Under the pieces are notes generated by a model. The model searched no databases and was not told where the DNA came from. It worked only from the letters and a program-made list of their open reading frames with translations. A program made the translations under genes and the position numbers. A DNA stretch of 63,631 bases, counting the filler, from Octopus bimaculoides (taxonomy: Eukaryota): the NCBI RefSeq assembly GCF_001194135.2. It is 4 parts of 4 records of this genome, joined end to end, with 100 filler letters (N's around TTAATTAATTAA, not from the genome) between each part and the next. Parts side by side here need not be neighbours in the genome. Positions count along the whole stretch, not along the records: positions 59,558 to 63,631 come from NW_026328792.1; 3 more parts are not named here. The stretch is one strand, 5' to 3'. Positions 63,102 through 63,631 of the stretch are shown piece after piece. Numbering within the stretch: position 1 is the first letter of the stretch; every line of letters starts with the position of its first letter.

Positions 63102-63631
63102 GCACACACACACACACACATACGCACTATGTTCCTCCGTCGGAGCAATGAAGACCGTCAAGTCATCTTTAATGATGACCGTAGAATTGCGCGGTGGCTT
63201 TGTTTGAAGTGGAAAAGAGTTGCACAGCATCAACGTCATTCTCTTGTCAGTGACCATCTTCATTCCTGTTGGTAAGACCAGGTAAAGGTGACTGAAGATA
63301 GAGACAGGTGCAGTAGATGACCAAAATGTCTTACTTGCTTTATCTTCCTCTCTGCACTTAATGCGTTGATGCCGTCGCCTTCCCCTCCGTTGAATGATGA
63401 AGGTTTCTTCTGCTGAGCTGTGACTTAGATGTTGTGATAAGATTTTGTCCTGAAGTTTCTTCGAATACCAGTTAGTAATTCACCAAAATGAATCAGTCAA
63501 ACTACTTGGGTACGTCGATTCATATAGTAAATATTACTGGAGATGAATAACGTTCATTAATGCAGCTAAAACATCTACAACATACACAATTTATGTACAT
63601 TATGTACATGTCAGGTCTATTATATATATAT

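Overview
Eukaryotic, AT-rich, extremely repeat-dense draft-assembly DNA, most likely octopus. This is an inference from the tRNA-headed SINE families, the RTE-type tails ending in (ATG)n and the very high microsatellite load. I found no host protein-coding gene I can name. Nearly all ORF-track entries are microsatellite translations, N-gap read-throughs or transposon fragments. Identifiable retroelements: RTE-clade LINE pieces, a restriction-like-endonuclease (R4/Dong-type) LINE inside (TAA)n, a CR1-like fragment, a solo LTR, and at least four SINE families (my labels A-D). DNA elements: five Tc1/mariner/pogo transposase lineages (two mariners, Tc1 DD34E, maT DD37D, Tigger), several MITEs and long fold-back palindromes. 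The most interesting objects are (1) an ORF1-only L1/Tx1-like element with a 24-bp flanking duplication whose 3' tail is shared with a SINE, (2) a roughly 250-bp almost loop-less palindrome, (3) a set of hammerhead-ribozyme core motifs in non-canonical order, and (4) a promoter-motif-rich solo LTR nested in Tigger. All family assignments are by eye from protein and terminal motifs; no database search was run, and boundaries of decayed copies are approximate.
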